In this document: positions 9,641 to 23,954 of the stretch, one piece after another
Layout: each line of letters begins with the position of its first letter
Position numbering within the stretch: position 1 is the stretch's first letter
The notes under the pieces: model-generated
Told to the model about the DNA's origin: nothing
Databases searched by the model: none
What the model saw: only the letters and a program-made list of their open reading frames with translations
Made by a program: the position numbers and the translations under genes
Origin: Marsupella aquatica
Lineage: Eukaryota > Plantae > Marchantiophyta
NCBI GenBank assembly: GCA_973895155.1
Contig: OZ316894.1
Location: 6,120,368-6,184,367 of the forward strand
Direction of reading: 5' to 3'
DNA: 64,000 nt

Positions 9641-12240
9641 GAAGGGATGCCTTGTCCCGGGTCAGATATTTCGCCATTCTAATCTGCAACATTTCTCATT
9701 ACCATATCTTTGGATTCCAAAGTGAAGGCACTCACAGGTGTTCCTAGTGTTACAGTATCTGCATAACTTCAAATGATTCCTGTATGACAACTGGTCAGAA
9801 AATCTAGATATATTTCTCCGACCTGATGAACAGGTTAGGTGGTTAGACTTGTTCATAGCGTGCGCTTGAGTTCTAAATTTGAAAATACCAGAATGTCGAT
9901 CTTCGTTGATTCCTTGAAGGGTATGGAATCTGAACTGATCGAGTTCAATGAAAATCGATGTACTGCTATATTCCTCGTTACTAAAGATGAGATGTACGTA
10001 TTACTTGAAAAAGAGAGACTGGAACAAAGAAACACAAAACTTCAGGCAATGGCTGTGAAACACCAAATTTGACAGCAGATTCACGAAGTGCCTGCATTAA
10101 ATCCACTGATCCACTGTAGATATTCTTTACTAAGTAAGGAATCCAGCCGCAAGTTCCATTGGTTATTTAGCAACACAGCTGCATTGCTTTTCCTCCATGA
10201 ACAGTTTTTCATGGATCTAGTGTTACACTTCACAGCATGTTCAGTAAGTCAAGGCTTTTACTGTTAGTTCATCAATTCCTGTCACAATTGATATCAGTCT
10301 ACAGAATGATTTTCTGTTTCGCCACGCCACAACGATGCTTGGTCAAGAAGACCTGATCGATGTACAGGTCCTAACTTCTAAAATATGCCGTGCTAGTACT
10401 AACAGCGCACGAGCAATGAGTGAGCACTCAAAAATGGAAACATTCTAACAATTATCGGATGTTTCATTCACTCGTTGTGTAACTCTTGGGTGAGTGTATT
10501 CACACAATGCTTTATACTTATCGAGAATGAACTTAATGGCAGCGTATGCACAGAAAATGAATGAACTTAATGTCAGCATGTGCACAGAAAATGTCAAGGT
10601 GAGACGAAGAAGTGCAGGTTAGAAAAGGAGGTATTGTGGGTTTGGTTGTCTAACTCTTGGGGAGAATGTAGACGTGAGAGAAAGAAGTGCAGGTGAGGCA
10701 AAGGAGGTGTTGTGGAGACATCTTATGTGTCATCAATGCAAGGGTGTGTCTTTGAGGCAGGGAAGTCATTGAGTCATGGAGGTGTCCTAAAGGCAAGGAA
10801 ATGATTGAGAAAATGAAATTTCGTGGAGGAAAGGAAGCGTCATCAAGATGTTGTTGATGCAGAAGTGCAGATGGACCATCGTCGGTGGTATTAATACTTT
10901 TTGGGCACCTTGTGCACTGAGCATGGAGAGCTCATCACTATCTTGTGCGAGCGTTGAGACCATAGCATGTCACAAAAACTTGTACAAACTGAACGTCAAC
11001 CAAAGGGAAGCTCGAAAGCAGCCAACCAAACATTATCCATTACTCAGGGTGTTCCATGCCATGCATTGTAGTGAGGCCAAAAATTGGGACCTCGAAATCT
11101 TCAATTGAAATGTCGGGACAGGTTAGTCAATATAATGCGGCCCAGTAATTGCACGTCAAAAACCAAAACTAAGATGAGTATTTAGAATAACACTCAGTGA
11201 TTTAAAAGAAAAAAATTGGGTTTATCATGGTATAGAATGACATTGGACACCGTATATTGTCACATTTTGATGTGCATTTACAGGGGTGCAATCATACTAT
11301 AGTCTAGAGAAGAATGTACCCAGCAATGTACATTGGGTCAGTATACCTTGACAAAAGCCTCTTTGGTCATGGATCTGATAAGTCTGGTGGCAACAGCATA
11401 AGCAATCTCGACCTATGTCACACAAAGAAGAGGAAATAGAGCAATTGGTGATGATGATTCTGAGGCACTGGCCCCACCCGCGCGGCAACGAAGTAAAGTT
11501 AAATGAAGATGCAATGTGAAGGGGTTCTGCAAATTGGAATCAAAACTAGAATGCACAGGATAGAGAATGCAGGGCCAACTGGTGGACCAAGAAAGTGCTA
11601 GGTAGATTGGGAATTGGAGCTTAAACATAGGTGGATTTGTTTTTTATTGTATTTTATTGTAGAAAGGTTGTAGGAGGAGTGGTCTTTCTTCCTAGAAGCA
11701 CAGTCTTGCCCCTCTACACATTGAAGCTCAGTTTTCATGTTCTATATACTTCAGTCAAGATGCTGGTAGCACATTTTGTGTTCATTGGCTTTGGCCTAGT
11801 GTTCCCACTTTTTCAGCTTCAGTGGTTCTTTGCTGGTAAGTAGCTGCGTATGGGTTTATTGCAGACCAGTAGTTGGTGGTCTTCAGTTTACCATTTGTCT
11901 TTCACTAAACACATGTGGCTGAGATGGCGGTTAATTAACCTTTGTTTGTTTGTTTTTCCTCGAGAGCTTTGCCAATGTTTTGATAATTGCTCTTGACTGG
12001 TCAATAGAAATTGTGTGGCTTTGCCAATGTTTTGTTATTGCTCTTGGCTGGTCAATAAAAATATTGTTCAACAACAAAAGGTTACTCAAAGATGTTGGGA
12101 AGTTTACCATATACGCTCAGAATGGAGCTCATCAAGGACATAATCTTGATCCTGGAGGCTTGGAAACAACTATCTTGCTCTTGGACCCCTGGCCACTCCA
12201 TGTGGGAGGGCCTACTTCGAAAACTCGAAACATTTTGGTT

Positions 12241-12783
12241 GTGATCTAATTAGGGCTTCTCAAAGCTTCAAAGTTACCCATATTGTGGTCTAATTAGGGC
12301 CCTTCAAAGCTTCAAAGTTGGGGATGATGACTTTTGGCCATAAACAAATGTGTTGTGGTCTAATTAGGGCTCTTCAAAGCTTCAAAGTTGGGGATGATGA
12401 CTTTTGGCCATAAACAAATGTTTGTAACTTTTTCACAGGGTTATGTAAAGGTGTTTTATTTTTTATAAATTCACTTGCCTTTAGAGTGACTTCAGGTCAT
12501 GGCATATCACCAATCTTTATGGCAAAAAGTTATGGACTATGAAGTGGGTAGTCCACATGGCATATAACCAATCCTTATGGCAAAAAGTTATGGACTACGA
12601 AATGGGAAGTACACATGGCATATGACCAATCTTTATGGCAAAAGTTATGGACTACAAAGTGGGTAGCCCACATGGCATATGACCAATCTTTGTGACAAAA
12701 AGTTTTGGACTTCGAATTAGGGCATCTCAAAGCTTCAAATTCGTAGACTACTAAATTAAGGTCAAGCTTTGAGATGCCCTAAT
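12241..12783. repeat. Compound minisatellite (2 x 70 bp, 4 x about 58 bp) ending in a perfect 20-bp inverted repeat; probably TE-derived
   Basis: gtggtctaattagggc... at 12285 and 12355. catggcata... at 12498, 12556, 12614 and 12671. attagggcatctcaaagctt (12716-12735) pairs with aagctttgagatgccctaat (12764-12783). Confidence 0.85.
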
Positions 12784-13032
12784 GGAGGCGTATGTACAAA
12801 ACCATGCTCACCCAGACACTCATTTCTGAAATCCCTTGTGCTAGCTTTCATAGGCTTGCTTGGCACCATTGTTTACATATAGATAGAAACTGGAATGGCT
12901 GAAACACTGCAACAAAATTGCACTTCCCTGTGTCTCGAAAATCCTACTTCCCCAAGAAAGCTTGGGACATCAGGAACGACAACACTAGCAGTGCAGACTA
13001 TGTCTCTGTAAGACGGTCTGTCATGTGCGAAA

Positions 13033-15221
13033 TTAGTCATCTCCTATCGTCGAGTGCATTAGATAATCTTCATTGTCCATAAATTCATGCTCCAAATTCA
13101 AAGTCACGGTCGATTTAGTCAGGTGAGAGGCACTGGGTCCTTCATGTAATGCCTTGGTACCCTGCAAGCAAAATTTTGCTGTTAGTGGCCGTGATTATTT
13201 CAATTCAGCGAACCGAATTACGTGAGAGCCTACAACTCCCATGTGAATGAGTGTCTGGTTATGATGTCCATTACGATTATTTTCTCTCCACAGAAGTATG
13301 ACTGTAAATCAAGCATCAAAGAAGGTCACAGAACTGATTCCAGACTGAGAGCCTGGACAGATACAACGGTCTCAAAGTGGAGGAAACCTGGTACCTTTCT
13401 AAGAGTGTAGAAAAAATAGTGAAAAGAATCGCCGAAGGTCTCCCATTTCATTGACCACGTCAGACCTTCTGCCTCAAAAAATGGTCGCCTGAAGTGTGGC
13501 TACACACACGTCAGACAGAGAAGTTTTAGAGAATATCGACCTTGTGAAAATCTCAGTAGCAAATATTGTCAGACAAGCAGGGACACCTACTCTGCCCACC
13601 AATGTCGGTTGTGAGGAAAAGAATGCCCAATCTCGAGTGACAGGAATTGATGAAGCTGGATTTTTATGTTCTCGTCGTCCAAGAACTTTTACTTTTAAAA
13701 TGTTGCTTTGCTTTGTGAAACTCACTTAGCAGGTTTCGGATGTTACCTGACCAAAGGCAATCGAGATAAACATGCCAGTGGGTGTCAGCACTCTGTGGAT
13801 CTCTTCCAGCACCCTCGTAACTCTTTTGGCCACGTCTGCCTTCGGTTTCCACGGATCACCACTGTGTACAAAAAGACAATCCTTCATAATATATGTCATT
13901 AGATTTATCCAAGAAAAAATCTATGGCCAACAGCAAACGTGTAGCTACCACAAATCCGATGTAAACATACAATTGTGTCTCAGCTGGCGGACACATTAAG
14001 TAGATGGGAGCCTGCTGCCAATAGCTGTCACAGAAAGAGATGCAACAATCAAATTTCAAAACACTACGACCGGTACTGGTGTTGCGGAAAGCCACATCGA
14101 TCTGCCAACCATAACAGGAGCACATGCAAATACTTACCATGGTTCCCTTCTCAATTACAATATCGAAACTGTTGTCATCAAATGGTAGATCTAGCAAATC
14201 AGCAACTTTGTACTCTATCCCTGATGTCACACCATCCACGAATGAGAAGAACGACTTCTGTCAGAATTGAAGGAAAACCGGTAGAACTGAAGAGGAACGT
14301 CACTAGCCCTCTAAATCTATGACTGCTCGTGAGCAGTTCCAGCATTAACATGGCTCGGAATATGTGAAACTAAAAGAGAAACATCTCAATACCGTCAGTT
14401 CAGAGTTAGTTCAAAAGAACCTTCACAGCCTTGAGCAGCGCGTCTCTTCTGTATCAGGTTTATTACAATGGGAGATAAATCTGTACGAGTAATTCGGGTG
14501 AAACCATCTTTATAAATTTCCTCCCCCATTTGTGAATTTCCGCAACCTACCTCCAACAACTGCCACCAAGGAGGCACAGAATACCTTCCACAACTTCAGT
14601 CCCGAAATTTCTCCCTGGCAACAAGCTGATAAGAATTGCTAAAAGACCGTCTTAAGATGCATCTGATCTGTATGGGAAAGCACACTCTCCACATCGACAA
14701 CGCATAGAGGCTGGAGATACTTCTCTGCATCCAAAGAGAGATAGGGGAAATCAAAAAGCATTGCACTCACCCGATCAGTTTTACTAATTTGTGAAAGGAT
14801 GAGATGCCTAAAATGTGAATAGCCCTTGCACCATTCATAATGCTCCTCTCGTGCAAACCTATCATTCCTGCGAACACCTCCACGTTATTATTATTTCTTT
14901 AAGACTAGACTAGTAGCGTTGTCAAGACGGCCTGCAGTTGCTGAAACTCGACCTCATTGCAGCTTGGTTGAAAGGAGCTCATGTAGGCTCTGATGTGAAA
15001 GCCTCAGCGCGAGAATTTGCGTGCAAAAACCGTAGAGATATCTAACAATATACGAATAGCAATTAAATCGAAGAAAGAGCATATTCTTGCACCGGATGAC
15101 GAGAAAATTCGTGACGAGGAAACACAAGGCCAACGTCGACAGTTGAGTACCAGTAGCTCGGTTCCAAATATAACGCCGTATGCGAAGGGAACTCATGAGC
15201 TTCTGAACAACCTTCAGCCAT
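13033..15221 (-). CDS. SAM-dependent methyltransferase, EEF1AKMT4/Methyltransf_11-like (At4g34360-type), 7 coding exons
   Basis: Spliced reading with canonical GT-AG sites: MAEGC...YLEPSYW|NDRFAREEHYEWCKGYSHFRHLI...|LLEVGCGNSQMGEE...|ADLLDLPFDDNSFDIVIEKGTM|...SGDPW...HRVLTPTGMFISIAFGQ|PHFRRPFF...FHYFFYTLRK|G...GDD*. Confidence 0.92.
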
Positions 15222-16970
15222 GGCTTTTCACAAACCGGCTCGTCAAGAACAAAAGCCACCTTTCGCCTACACCCAGGGAGTAAAACGATCAAGTCGACAA
15301 TCACGTTGTAGAAATCTATCGCTGCTCTCTCTCACCTACTAAGATTATTTATCCTCGTACTCCAAATGTTAGAAGCTGACGTTGAGAGAGATTTCTTCAA
15401 CATATCGCACAAATGCCTTTGGAGGCTGTGCGAGTGTCTACTAAGCAGGTTACCGTATGTTTCGTATGTGTCTACCCTTCCGGAGTTTCAAATGTAAGAA
15501 GTGACGCTTTTACGATATCTCTTCGATATTTGATCGTTTGAGTTCCGCTTGTTGCTGTTGTTATGAAAAAAATCCCTCCAAGGCGCACTGCACTCAAGTA
15601 CGTGGAAAGATTACTCCTGTTACTTTGCTAACCTCCTAAGTTCCTGAAATACAAACTGCCAGAGAAGTTCCAAAAGAACAAACTGGCAGGCCCCCCAGTT
15701 TTCGTCTATTACTCTGCTGACCTACTAAGTTCCTGAAGAGCAAACTGGCAGGCTCTTCATTTTGCAGTGCATACTTGTACAAGCTCAGTTCGTCGATCAC
15801 AGTTACGGGGAGGCAGTCTATTCTGATCTGCACAAAACCTCGCAGAGGGAGAGAGACCGAGAATCAGACTGCACGCAAAATTGTTTCCTGTCAAGTTCGA
15901 GCTTTCTGTATTATATAGTCAAGGTGACTACTGTACAGACCGTTGCTGCATACATCCTTCCTGGGGTTTTGATGGTCTGTGGTCATATAACCTTCCTGGA
16001 GTTTTGTTTTGCAAGGCATTCCAATGCTCTTGGATTGAGAGCGAGGTTTAGTGAGGGAACCAAAGGATGTTAATCTCTTTACTTGAGAGAAAGTTCGGAA
16101 GTTTATCCTCCTCTCCACCACTCTCAACCCAGAATGTGTGTTTCAGTTGTCTTGAAGGTAGCGGACAAAAGTGGGTTTGTTTGTTGTTTCATTGCTCAAG
16201 CATGCTTTTCATTTTGGGATTAGTTATGAACTCATCGAACGTCCTCTGTTTTATGGACTCCACAGAGACACTCACACATTGCCGCCAGTAGGTATTCGGA
16301 GATACTGGCAGCACTGGTGGTTGGGTAATTTGTTTAAGATTGATCATAGGTCCAGCAGGAATAGGGTCTGGAAATGTAGCTTCGGCAAATCAAGCCACCA
16401 CAAGCTATGGCGAACTCTATCTCAGGCAAGGACCAGGGATCAGCATCGTCTTCTGTGCCAATTGCAGCATTATCCCCAGATTCTTCAAAGCTGAGGCTAG
16501 GTAGCCCCTCAACTACACGTGCCTCGGTGGAAATGCTTCTGACAATTCTACCAAACAAGAATAACAAATATTGTAAACAAAGTACGTCCATCACCAACCA
16601 ACGTAAATCAGCTGCTCTCCCAACTTTTACTGAAGTGATGCCAAACAGGAGGACTACTTTTACACCAACATCGAAGGAACATCATTTCTTTGCATTTGCC
16701 GCGAGAAACCGTTGATGTATTTTCATAGCCCAAAACTATGATACAATGACAGAACTTCTTCCATGTCGGAGTATGCGATTAGAAAACTCCCGCAACACTA
16801 GCATGAAACTTCCTTGTTACCTATTACTTACAGTTTCCTACAAGTACATAATCTACAGATAGGTTTTCAATGGAGAATAATCTGTACAAGTAAATAAGAT
16901 CCCCAGCCTTAATTTGAGCAATCTGGGTGAGTTTTCTCAAACTGACGATCCAATGTTTATAAGGAGAAGC

Positions 16971-19900
16971 CTAATATTCCGGCCCACGAGCAAACACATT
17001 CACCAAACCTCTGAAACATTGTCCTGACAGCTGGTGGGCTGGGAAAAGCTCTCCATCAACGTTCCATACGCTTTCTTCACCATGGGACGTGAAAGTGAAA
17101 ACCGGAGTCTACAGACACCAATCAAACCCAACAATCAGTTAAAGGGCCACAAATGTGGACAATGGTGCTCAAATACAATCAGGGTTCTACGTCTACGGTG
17201 GCAAATCTTCTCTATAATGCAAGTTAATTCAACAGAGGCATCACTGTCACATGAAAATCTGGACAGAAAGTGCAGGTCTTATGCATGAATGTGTGACTAG
17301 CAAGGAATATTCATGTAAGCTAACCTTGTAGTGTTCCACAAAATCAAAATCCAATGGATCTGCTCCTTTTCTTGTCAAGGTAATCAATTGCCTGACATTC
17401 ATTGCACAGGGGGTCAAAAGCACTGTAATCTTCCAGGTAATATAGACCTTAACTATTTGATATCGATCACCTTGAGAAATAGATTTCTCACTTGTGGCTG
17501 AAATTTTTCAAAGGGCACCTAGAGCCCCTCCGCAATCACAGTGGAGCTTTCAGTGTGACACGTTAAAAACGATGGATCGATTATGGCAACTTCTTAGAAA
17601 ATAAATTTGAATCACACAGAGGAAGCACACCTTAAATAGTTTGGACGTGAACAACTTTTGATAAGAATCAGATGAAGAAGGCCGTCCGAAAGATGGGCAT
17701 GGGCAACTAAACCATCTGGTGCTTTGTCATTACGGCACGACATCACAGCAGCCCCGACGCTGTGAAATGAATCCTGTATAGTTCGCCATTTGGGCTTGGG
17801 TTGCTGCTGACTAGGAGCTTCGTCAACATCGCTACTATCACTGACAAGATGGTTCCCGTCGATACCTTGGGAGCAGACGAAACAGTTTGAGCGGCAAATG
17901 ATTTTCCTCTGAGCATCGGTAGCTTTTCCAGCGTTGGCAACATTGGTTGGCATTTCCAAGAACGAAACCTCTGCCATGTACTTTCTGCAGTCAATGATGA
18001 AAATGACGAGGATCAGGAACTCGAGGCATGTGAATTGAATCCCTTAATTGAGACATCCCAGTCTTGAAGTAGGAACGGGACTTTCAAACCCCAACAATCC
18101 TGAAAAATATGACCAGGTAGATACCAGGTATACCAAAGATGCCAGTCACCTGACTTCCTGAGTAATCATGATGAAAAAGGAGGCAACGAAGTTTGTAGCC
18201 TACAATCATCTTCATAGTGGAGAAGCCATTCAAAGTATTCAAAAGACTTTAATTTGAGGGATGAACACATTCACATGAAAACCTCACTCAACAGATCTCA
18301 GAAAGTACTCGATTTCAGGATGGATTTGAGACCCTATGCTGGTTTAAAGTGAGTAAACGCTGGTCACAAAAACCAAATTGTTAGAAAAACACTCTCAAAT
18401 CAGCTCACTCACGAAAAGAAGAACCTACTTGTGCTTCAGAAAAACCTTCAGTCCTGCTATATCATATCGAGCAGGACCCATCCAACGAGTTGTTTCACTT
18501 TCTTTCATGACATCCCCATAGAATCCATACCTAAAAGTACAACAAATGAGCAACAAGTCGTTTAGCTTTCTCGACAATCATGTCCAGCCAAGGTAGACAG
18601 AACAAAATCTTAAATCGAATCCGAATATACCAACAGTAGCTCCACACAATCCACACACAATCGATTCTTAATTAAATGGTATACCCTGCAAAGGACGCTG
18701 CATATCGTACTGTTGGAGGCTCATCTACAGCTTGAGGGCTCTTTCTCCATCCTGTGAGTCTGACAACATCAAGAGGCCTGCTGTCTCCTAATATAATGTG
18801 TAGAGCAGCAGTTACTGGATCACGACTGCCGGTTGTGCTGAGCAGAGAAACGCCAAGCGACTTGTTAAAAGGTCCACTAAATTTACATGACATCACCTTA
18901 TAACTCTTACATACGGCAAAAAAGCACAGCGATTGTTAGATCCAAACCGACTAGCGATATTTAATGATACCGTATGAAATCATAGCAATTGTAGCTGTCA
19001 AAATAAAGACCAAATGTCATGTAATGGACTTTGTACCTTATAGCAACTGTATCAGTTGATCCTGCAGGAATAAGTCCGATACGGAGCTGAATACTTGTCA
19101 TCCCTAGATTTTTATATCGGCCACTATATGCCAGACTGGACAGGCCTGCTCCGTCTACACAAACAAGGCAGGGTCAATACAGATTGCCGTCCACGACGAA
19201 AGAGCGTACTCATGTAAGAATTTCATTATAACAAGTTTTAAGAGGCCAGAAAGGGAATTCGTCTCAGGAACTTCCAGACACCACCGTGGATGTAAGGATC
19301 TGCCCAGACGGTAATTACCTGAAGATTTTGTCATATCTTCGATGGAAACAGGGACTAACTGTTGTCCATCCATCTTAAGAATCCCAGTCTCAGGCGATGT
19401 GCCGGTACGCAATAAATCAATACAGTCAAACTGAGACAACTGTATCTCCTTTCCAGACGCTAGGTCGGTCACCACAGTGCTGACCGCCTGTTGTTGAACG
19501 TCGGATACACATGATCTTTCAGGGGTAGAACTTGAAGAGCTTGAAGCTGAGCTGGAACTTTTTGACCTTGACACATCTATTGCAGGAGAAGGTGACCTCT
19601 TGAGTAGAGGAGAATGGACATCATATGACGATCCTAGGGTGTCATTCTTCATGTCCGCAATGTCTTGTGGTCGAAAGCCCGCCTGACCTTTTGTACTATC
19701 GTTCGCTGATTTCCCTTCTGCTTTGGATGCCTTTGCTAGCATTTCAGAGACGAATTGAGGCTTTGGTGCAGATGGGCATTCATGTCGCTTCATTAGGAGT
19801 CCATTCAAGACTTCATTAAATAAACCATCTCCACCCTGATAGTAGCATATAAACCACGTTAATACAGAATCTCATCATGATCAACAACCTTTGGTCTCTA

Positions 19901-21719
19901 CATTTTGTTAAAATTACTAACCGAATCTAAAAATCAATCACCAGTAGAAGACGATAATTATGATAAAGAGTTTTAGAGCCCTTTCGATATACACAGATCT
20001 ATTACTGATCGATCAGGGACTGAGGCTCAATAATTGAAAGGTATTTTACCACAATAATAACTCCATCTTGTGTTCTGAGATCTTCTTCACTCGCGTTGGC
20101 CATTACGTCATGAGCATGTCCTGCTCGCTCTGTGAAAATCACCTGGAAATGAATTGCAAACAAGCACCAACTCAAACAAGCAAATTGCTGCAAACAAATG
20201 GCGGTAACCTGGCTTGTTCAAATATGATAGAGCAAGCCATTGCAGTGAAATCAGGTAAGTGATCATTGAAGTAAACTCATAGATGAGCGAAGTGCTCAAA
20301 CCTTAGTTCTCACTCTGGCTCGTTCAAACATGGGAGCGACCGATTCCCATTCTCGAACACCAGTGCCTTTTCCGCCATATGGATTGACCAGAACCTGCTC
20401 AGTACACTCTGCTGGCAGTTAAACAATCTGGACATCTGCTTTGACATTCAACCATGTTCTCTGAATCGCTCCCTACTTTTCTCTCAACCCTCAGCGTGGG
20501 ATCTACAAGTCAAGAAAGCATCTTCCCATATGCTCACCAGTAAACTCTTTGGACGATGACCATCACAGTCGAGAAGCCATTGGATATGTGCCACCCATGC
20601 TTGACAAATATCAGCATTCTCATGCCAGAATGTGTACACCTTTGGAATCCAATTGCATTTCTTATTCTGGGACCTTTCAAAACTGTGAACGGCAAACCGG
20701 TACATCTGATATTCCAGGCAGAGTCCAAGATTAAACTGAGTAGGAATAACGGAAGGCCCAAGTTATGCATCTATAACCATTGACTTTTGAGATCCTATTA
20801 CAATTGTTCGCCCTCCCTCATTTTATTAGTAGGTAACATTGCCAGAACCTAACACAGGTGACCAACAGCTAGGCAAGCAAAGTAAATACCGATGCTCTGG
20901 ACATTTTGGAAGCGAAAGTCCAGCTTACCTGAGTGGGGAGAGGTTCACAAAGAAAGCCACCACAGCAGCGAGCAGGTGTGACAGTGCTCATCTCACACAT
21001 TTCTGAAGCATAGATGTCAGATATTGGAACCTCCCCTAAAGTTTCTTCAGTGTCTCTTCGTCCCCAGCAAGAATTTCCAATCTGGCCCACAATTTACTAA
21101 CTGAGTTATGGGACATGAATAAGTACTCTACTACTAATTTTTAAGAAGAGAAGAAATTAAGAAGCAGGTATTTCGGCACAAATACTTCATGATGATGATC
21201 TTTTGTACATCAGCAATCATTGAAGTGCTTAGCGCGACTTACCAGGTCGTCATCTACCTCCGCCAAATGCCACGTGAGACAATCTGAGAGCAACAGTGCT
21301 CTTACATAGCCAATCCCTTCCAGGTAAAGGTCCTCCTCAGTCACCACCTCCTGGCTCCTAGAATTGCACATGGTCTCCTTTAAGCCTTGCTCTCGAATCA
21401 CATTCCGTCGTTTCCTTGGACTTGAGGTACCCTTCACGTCCCGATCCTCGTCAACCTGGGACGAGACACCTAAGAAATTTAGGATATGATGTTCAATATT
21501 TACTGGGTATTTCTCAATGAAAACAGATGAGTGCCAGTTCTTAATGCTCAAACACGTCGTCAATCCTGCCAGCTCAAAGATCAGTCCAAAAAGGCCAGCT
21601 GACATGACAAGATTGAAACTTTGAAAGAGTTCACTTAAGCCCAAAACCCTAATCACCTTTCTCAACATCCCACGGGACGGCGGAGACCACACAGCCTGCT
21701 GGCTGGCTGGTAGGGGCAT
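16971..21719 (-). CDS. CERK: Ceramide kinase (ACD5/CERK-like), multi-exon; start codon approximate
   Basis: A PH-like N-terminus is followed by RPKSLL|VLVNPYGGKG, TERAGHA, GGDGLFNEVLNGLL, RIGLIPAGSTD, YGFYGDVMKESE..RWMGPARYD, CRSNCFVC, APDGLVAHAHLSDG and WNVDGE...FARGPEY*. Confidence 0.93.
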
Positions 21720-23389
21720 CGACTCCGATAATTCCAATCGATTTCAAACGCAGACGCTGACTGGGAGAATTGCTAAGAGAAAAAAGTCCTCGTTGATCTG
21801 GTGAAATAACCCTGGACAAACAGAAGGAAATTCCAATAAATGGAAGAGATGTTAAAGCTGGTCCTGCTGCGCTCTGAACCGGTGCAATACTGCAAAAAGA
21901 TCATAACATACATCACTTACAAGGTAGAGAAGTGACCCGCTCACTGGAAAACTGATTCATCATCTGCCTACTGGGTACACTGGAAACACAAAAAGAGTAA
22001 TCAATCTTAAAGAAAATTTCAGCCTTTCAACAAGCATTCATATTGTACTTGTCAAAATGGTCTATACTTGATTTGCAGCGCATATTTTAATTCTCTCCTT
22101 TTTCCAATCTCCCGATCTATAGCAACAAGTCAGGTCGTCCTCACAGCTTGTACAAAGAACTCAGAGAACTAAGTTTTGTTGGATCAATATTATGGCTTTT
22201 GGCACAGGTTCCACTTCGAGGTTGTGACTTTATCCAGCTTTGACCTATCGTCAACTTCGAAGCAACGTCCAATGTTCCCTGGATATCCCTCAACGCTGTG
22301 CTTGCCCAGACAAATAGAGCTATCTTTAATAGATTCAAGCTTGCACATTACATCATTTTCTCAATTTAAAAATTTATGATACGTATTGCATGTAGAATTC
22401 CCCATTAGCTTGATGGTAATCGGGACAATTGCGTGATTTGCGTGATGTCTAGCTCCACAATGCTCCACCTAGATCTGTAACCCAGTTTCTCGATTGCAAT
22501 CATTCTGATCGTCCTCAATTACCTGATTGTACCACAAACATTCTATAGTCTGATTGTCCTGCAAGTAAACCATTGTCCCTATCCAATCCTGGTCCCCCTC
22601 TCTCGATCAGCTGAACCCTGAACGATTCTGAAGAGAAATTTTTGCGGCTGCACGATGTGAGAAGACTGAAGACAGACTAGGCACAAGCTAGTCGAAGATG
22701 GAGTCAATTTGTCAGCGCGAACAAGGACAATTGAAAGGAAACCTTTCACTCACCGTCGACAGAAAGGGACTGCTAGACAAGAAACGATGATATTATGTTT
22801 TCGCCACAGCAATTTATTTCAATTTGAATATCAACAGGACCGTCATCTCAACCTATCGCTTGATCCGCACCATCTGCGTGGCTTCAATTATATTCAGCGA
22901 CCAGCCAGTAAGGTTTGAGCAATTTCAGCAGCAAAATGGCTCCAGATAGATTGCAGTGTCATTGCACAGTCCCAGCCAGAATTCTACAGTAGCTGCAATT
23001 TCTGCAGCAAAGGCTTGCCGACATTTTTCGGCCAGCCACTCACAATAGCCGAGGCCGATTGATGCACAGATGCATAAAAAGGGAATGGGTTGCACAATCT
23101 ACGATCAAGTCGTCCTGATCTCGAACCCTGGAAAGGTTTCAACGGAGAGGTGCATTATTAAATTGAATTTCATACGAAGAGCTGTAAAGAACTGTACATC
23201 ATAGGGGAGGTCTTCGCGATCTGATACCGTGGCAAGGCGTGATTGCTGAAGTGCATTATTGAATGAATGTGAAGGACAGTCATCACCAAATCGAAGAGAT
23301 TTCCAATGTGGAAGGTTGGCAGGCCACGGCGACACAGCAAAAACCCTGCTTGCATGTATTTCTGTCGCGGTGACAGGGAGGGGATTCAT

Positions 23390-23690
23390 TTAGATGTTAC
23401 CTCCAAAAGACTCATCTCCAAAGTATAGGGTAAATGGTTCATTTGGTCCCTTAGTTGTTAGATGTTACCTCCAAAAGACTGATCTCCAAGTATAGGGTAA
23501 TGGTTCCTTTATTCCCTTTGATGTTAGATGTTACCTCCAAAAGACTCATCTCCAAGTATAGGGTAATGACTCCAAGTATAGGGTAATGACGGTTTGGTTA
23601 CCTGGTTTGGTTAGCTCTCATCTCCAAGTATAGGGTAATGATGGTTTGGTTACCTCCAAAAGACTGATCTGCAAGTATAGGGTAATGAAG
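23390..23690. repeat. Degenerate minisatellite of about 67 bp (ttagatgttacctccaaaagactcatctccaagtatagggtaatg)
   Basis: Full copies at about 23390, 23458 and 23524, with partial copies extending to 23690. Confidence 0.85.
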
Positions 23691-23954
23691 GTTTGGTATG
23701 GGGTTACTAGTCTATAGCCCTGCATGTGACCAGAAAGTGAGGAAATGTTGACCGTAAGCAGGAAGTTTTTCTGAGTTTTGTTTCAAACTAGAAACCCAAT
23801 CCAAACAGTCATTATCATACATAATACCTGTCAGTAAAATTATTATTGGGTAAGACTTTTGGGGCATAGAGTTATGGAAATGATGGCACCTAGTAGAAAA
23901 GGTCACACACCGGTAACCTTTCGTCCTAACAGGGTGTCTCAAAGTTTCAAAGGA

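Noticed and set aside
15222-15403. Possible upstream exon (ATG 15403, donor 15335, acceptor 15267) of the methyltransferase
   Set aside because: Splicing it puts it out of frame with the main CDS. It could be an overlapping uORF, but no transcript evidence is available.
16334-16715. Overlapping ORFs downstream of CERK
   Set aside because: No homology signal recognised; they lie in the probable CERK 3' region or methyltransferase upstream region.
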